From Octopus sinensis (taxonomy: Eukaryota): a DNA stretch of 64,000 bases. The notes under the pieces are model-generated. The model ran no database searches and was not told the origin of the DNA. It saw only the letters and a program-made list of their open reading frames with translations. Shown here piece by piece: positions 62,534 to 64,000 of the stretch (position 1 is its first letter; every line of letters starts with the position of its first letter). Location: NCBI RefSeq assembly GCF_006345805.1, contig NC_043000.1:93310001-93374000 (forward strand), in the 5' to 3' direction. The translations under genes were made by a program, and so were the position numbers.

Positions 62534-64000
62534 ATCATCATCATCATCATCATCGTTTAACATCCGCTTTCCATGCTAGCATGGGTTGGACGGTTCAACT
62601 GGGGTCTGGCAAGCCCGAAGGCTGCACCAGGCCAGTCAGATCTGGCAGTGTTTCTACAGCTGGATGCCCTTCCTAACGCCAACCACTCCGAGAGTGTAGT
62701 GGGTGATTTTATGTGCCACCGACACAGGTGCCAGACGAGGCTGGCAGACGGCCACACTCGGATGGTGTTTTTTATGTGCCACCGACACAGGTGCCAGACG
62801 AGGCTGGCAGACGGCCACGCTCGGATGGTGTTTTTTATGTGCCACCGACACAGGTGCCAGACGAGGCTGGCAGACGGCCACACTCGGATGGTGTTTTTTA
62901 TGTGCCACCGACACAGGTGCCAGACGAGGCTGGCAGACGGCCACACTCGGATGGTGTTTTCTTATGTGTCACCGGCACAGGTGCCAGACGAGGCTGGCAA
63001 ACGGCCACGCTCGGATGGTGTTTGTTACGTGCCCTCAGCACAGAGGCCAGTCGATGCGGTACTGGCTACGGTCACGTTCAGATGGTTTTCTTATGTGCCA
63101 CCGGCACTGGTACCATAAAGGATACAAATAGGATACAAATTCCATTGATGTACATCTATTTTGATTTGGTTTTGATTTTGATTTTCACTTGCCTCAACAG
63201 GTCTTCTCAAGTGTCACAATAAGGAAGGTATGCACAGGTGGACTGACTACGTCCCAGGTAGGGGCCACGGGATATGGCTTCACTAGTCTTGCCGGGTCTT
63301 CTCACGCACAGCATACTTCCATAGGTCTCGGTCTCTAGTCATTTCCATGGTGAGACCTAACGTCCGAAGGTCATGCTTCACCACCTCGTCCCAGGTTTTC
63401 CTGGGTCTACCTCTTCCACGGGTTCCTCAACTGCTAGGGATTGGCACTTTCTCACACACCTATCTTCATCCATTCTCGCCACATGACCATACCAGCGCAA
63501 TCGTCTCTCTTGCACACCACAACTGATGCTTCTTAGGTACAACATTCTCTCAAGGTACTAACGCTCTGTCGAGTAAGTACACTGACATTACACATCCATC
63601 GGAGCATACTGGCTTCATTCCTCACGAGCTTACGCATGTCCTCAGCAGTCACGGCCATGTTTCACTGCCATGTAGCATAGCTGTTCGTACACATGCATCA
63701 TACAGTCTGCCTTTTACTCTGAGCGAGAGGCTTTTAGTCACCAGCAGAGGTAAGAGCTCCCTAAACTTTGCCCAGGCTATTCTTATTCTAGCAGTTACAC
63801 TTTCAGCGCACCCACCCCCACTACTGACTTGGTCACCTAGATAGCGGAAGCTATCAACTACTTCTAGTTTTTCCCCCCGGAAAGTGACGGAAGTTGTTTT
63901 CTGCAGATTTTCGGAGGTCAATGCTCCCGAGCATCTGCCACATACAAAAACTATCTTCCCAGTTAGCCTACCTTTGACATTGCTGCACCTCTTATGTGTC
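62534..64000 (-). mobile_element. RTE-clade LINE, same family as 20375-21885, running off the window
   Basis: Five 63-bp UTR units (starts 62711, 62774, 62837, 62900, 62963); RT C-terminal coding sequence with 1-bp deletions. Confidence 0.92.

Noticed and set aside
62711-63025. CRISPR-like repeat array
   Set aside because: The units are contiguous with no unique spacers, lie in a LINE UTR, and the genome is eukaryotic.

Overview
Repeat-saturated, AT-rich eukaryotic DNA that looks intronic or intergenic. The SINE and LINE families match my recollection of Octopus (coleoid cephalopod) repeats; I could not check this against a database. No host protein-coding gene can be identified with confidence, and most of the ORF track is translated microsatellite. 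The window holds three tRNA-derived SINE families, RTE, CR1-like and R4/Dong-type LINE fragments, an internally deleted Ty3/gypsy LTR element, mariner- and TTAA-type MITEs, and many Penelope-like (PLE) remnants. The main result is a series of unrelated long fold-back elements, mostly bounded by (TA)n, that carry minimal type I hammerhead ribozyme motifs. The cores are intact at 6.9/8.2 kb and 24.1/24.8 kb and variant at 41/42.3, 52.7, 53.2/53.6 and 61.3 kb. In the two elements that keep GIY-YIG coding sequence, the downstream ribozyme copy is on the coding strand. Hammerheads in PLE pseudo-LTRs are known in general; the family diversity, long stem II inserts and mirror-image pairs here merit testing. 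A (TAA)n tract at 26.6-29.6 kb is packed with R4/Dong ends, including an RT-less in-frame 276-aa fusion ORF. Some duplications look like assembly artefacts.
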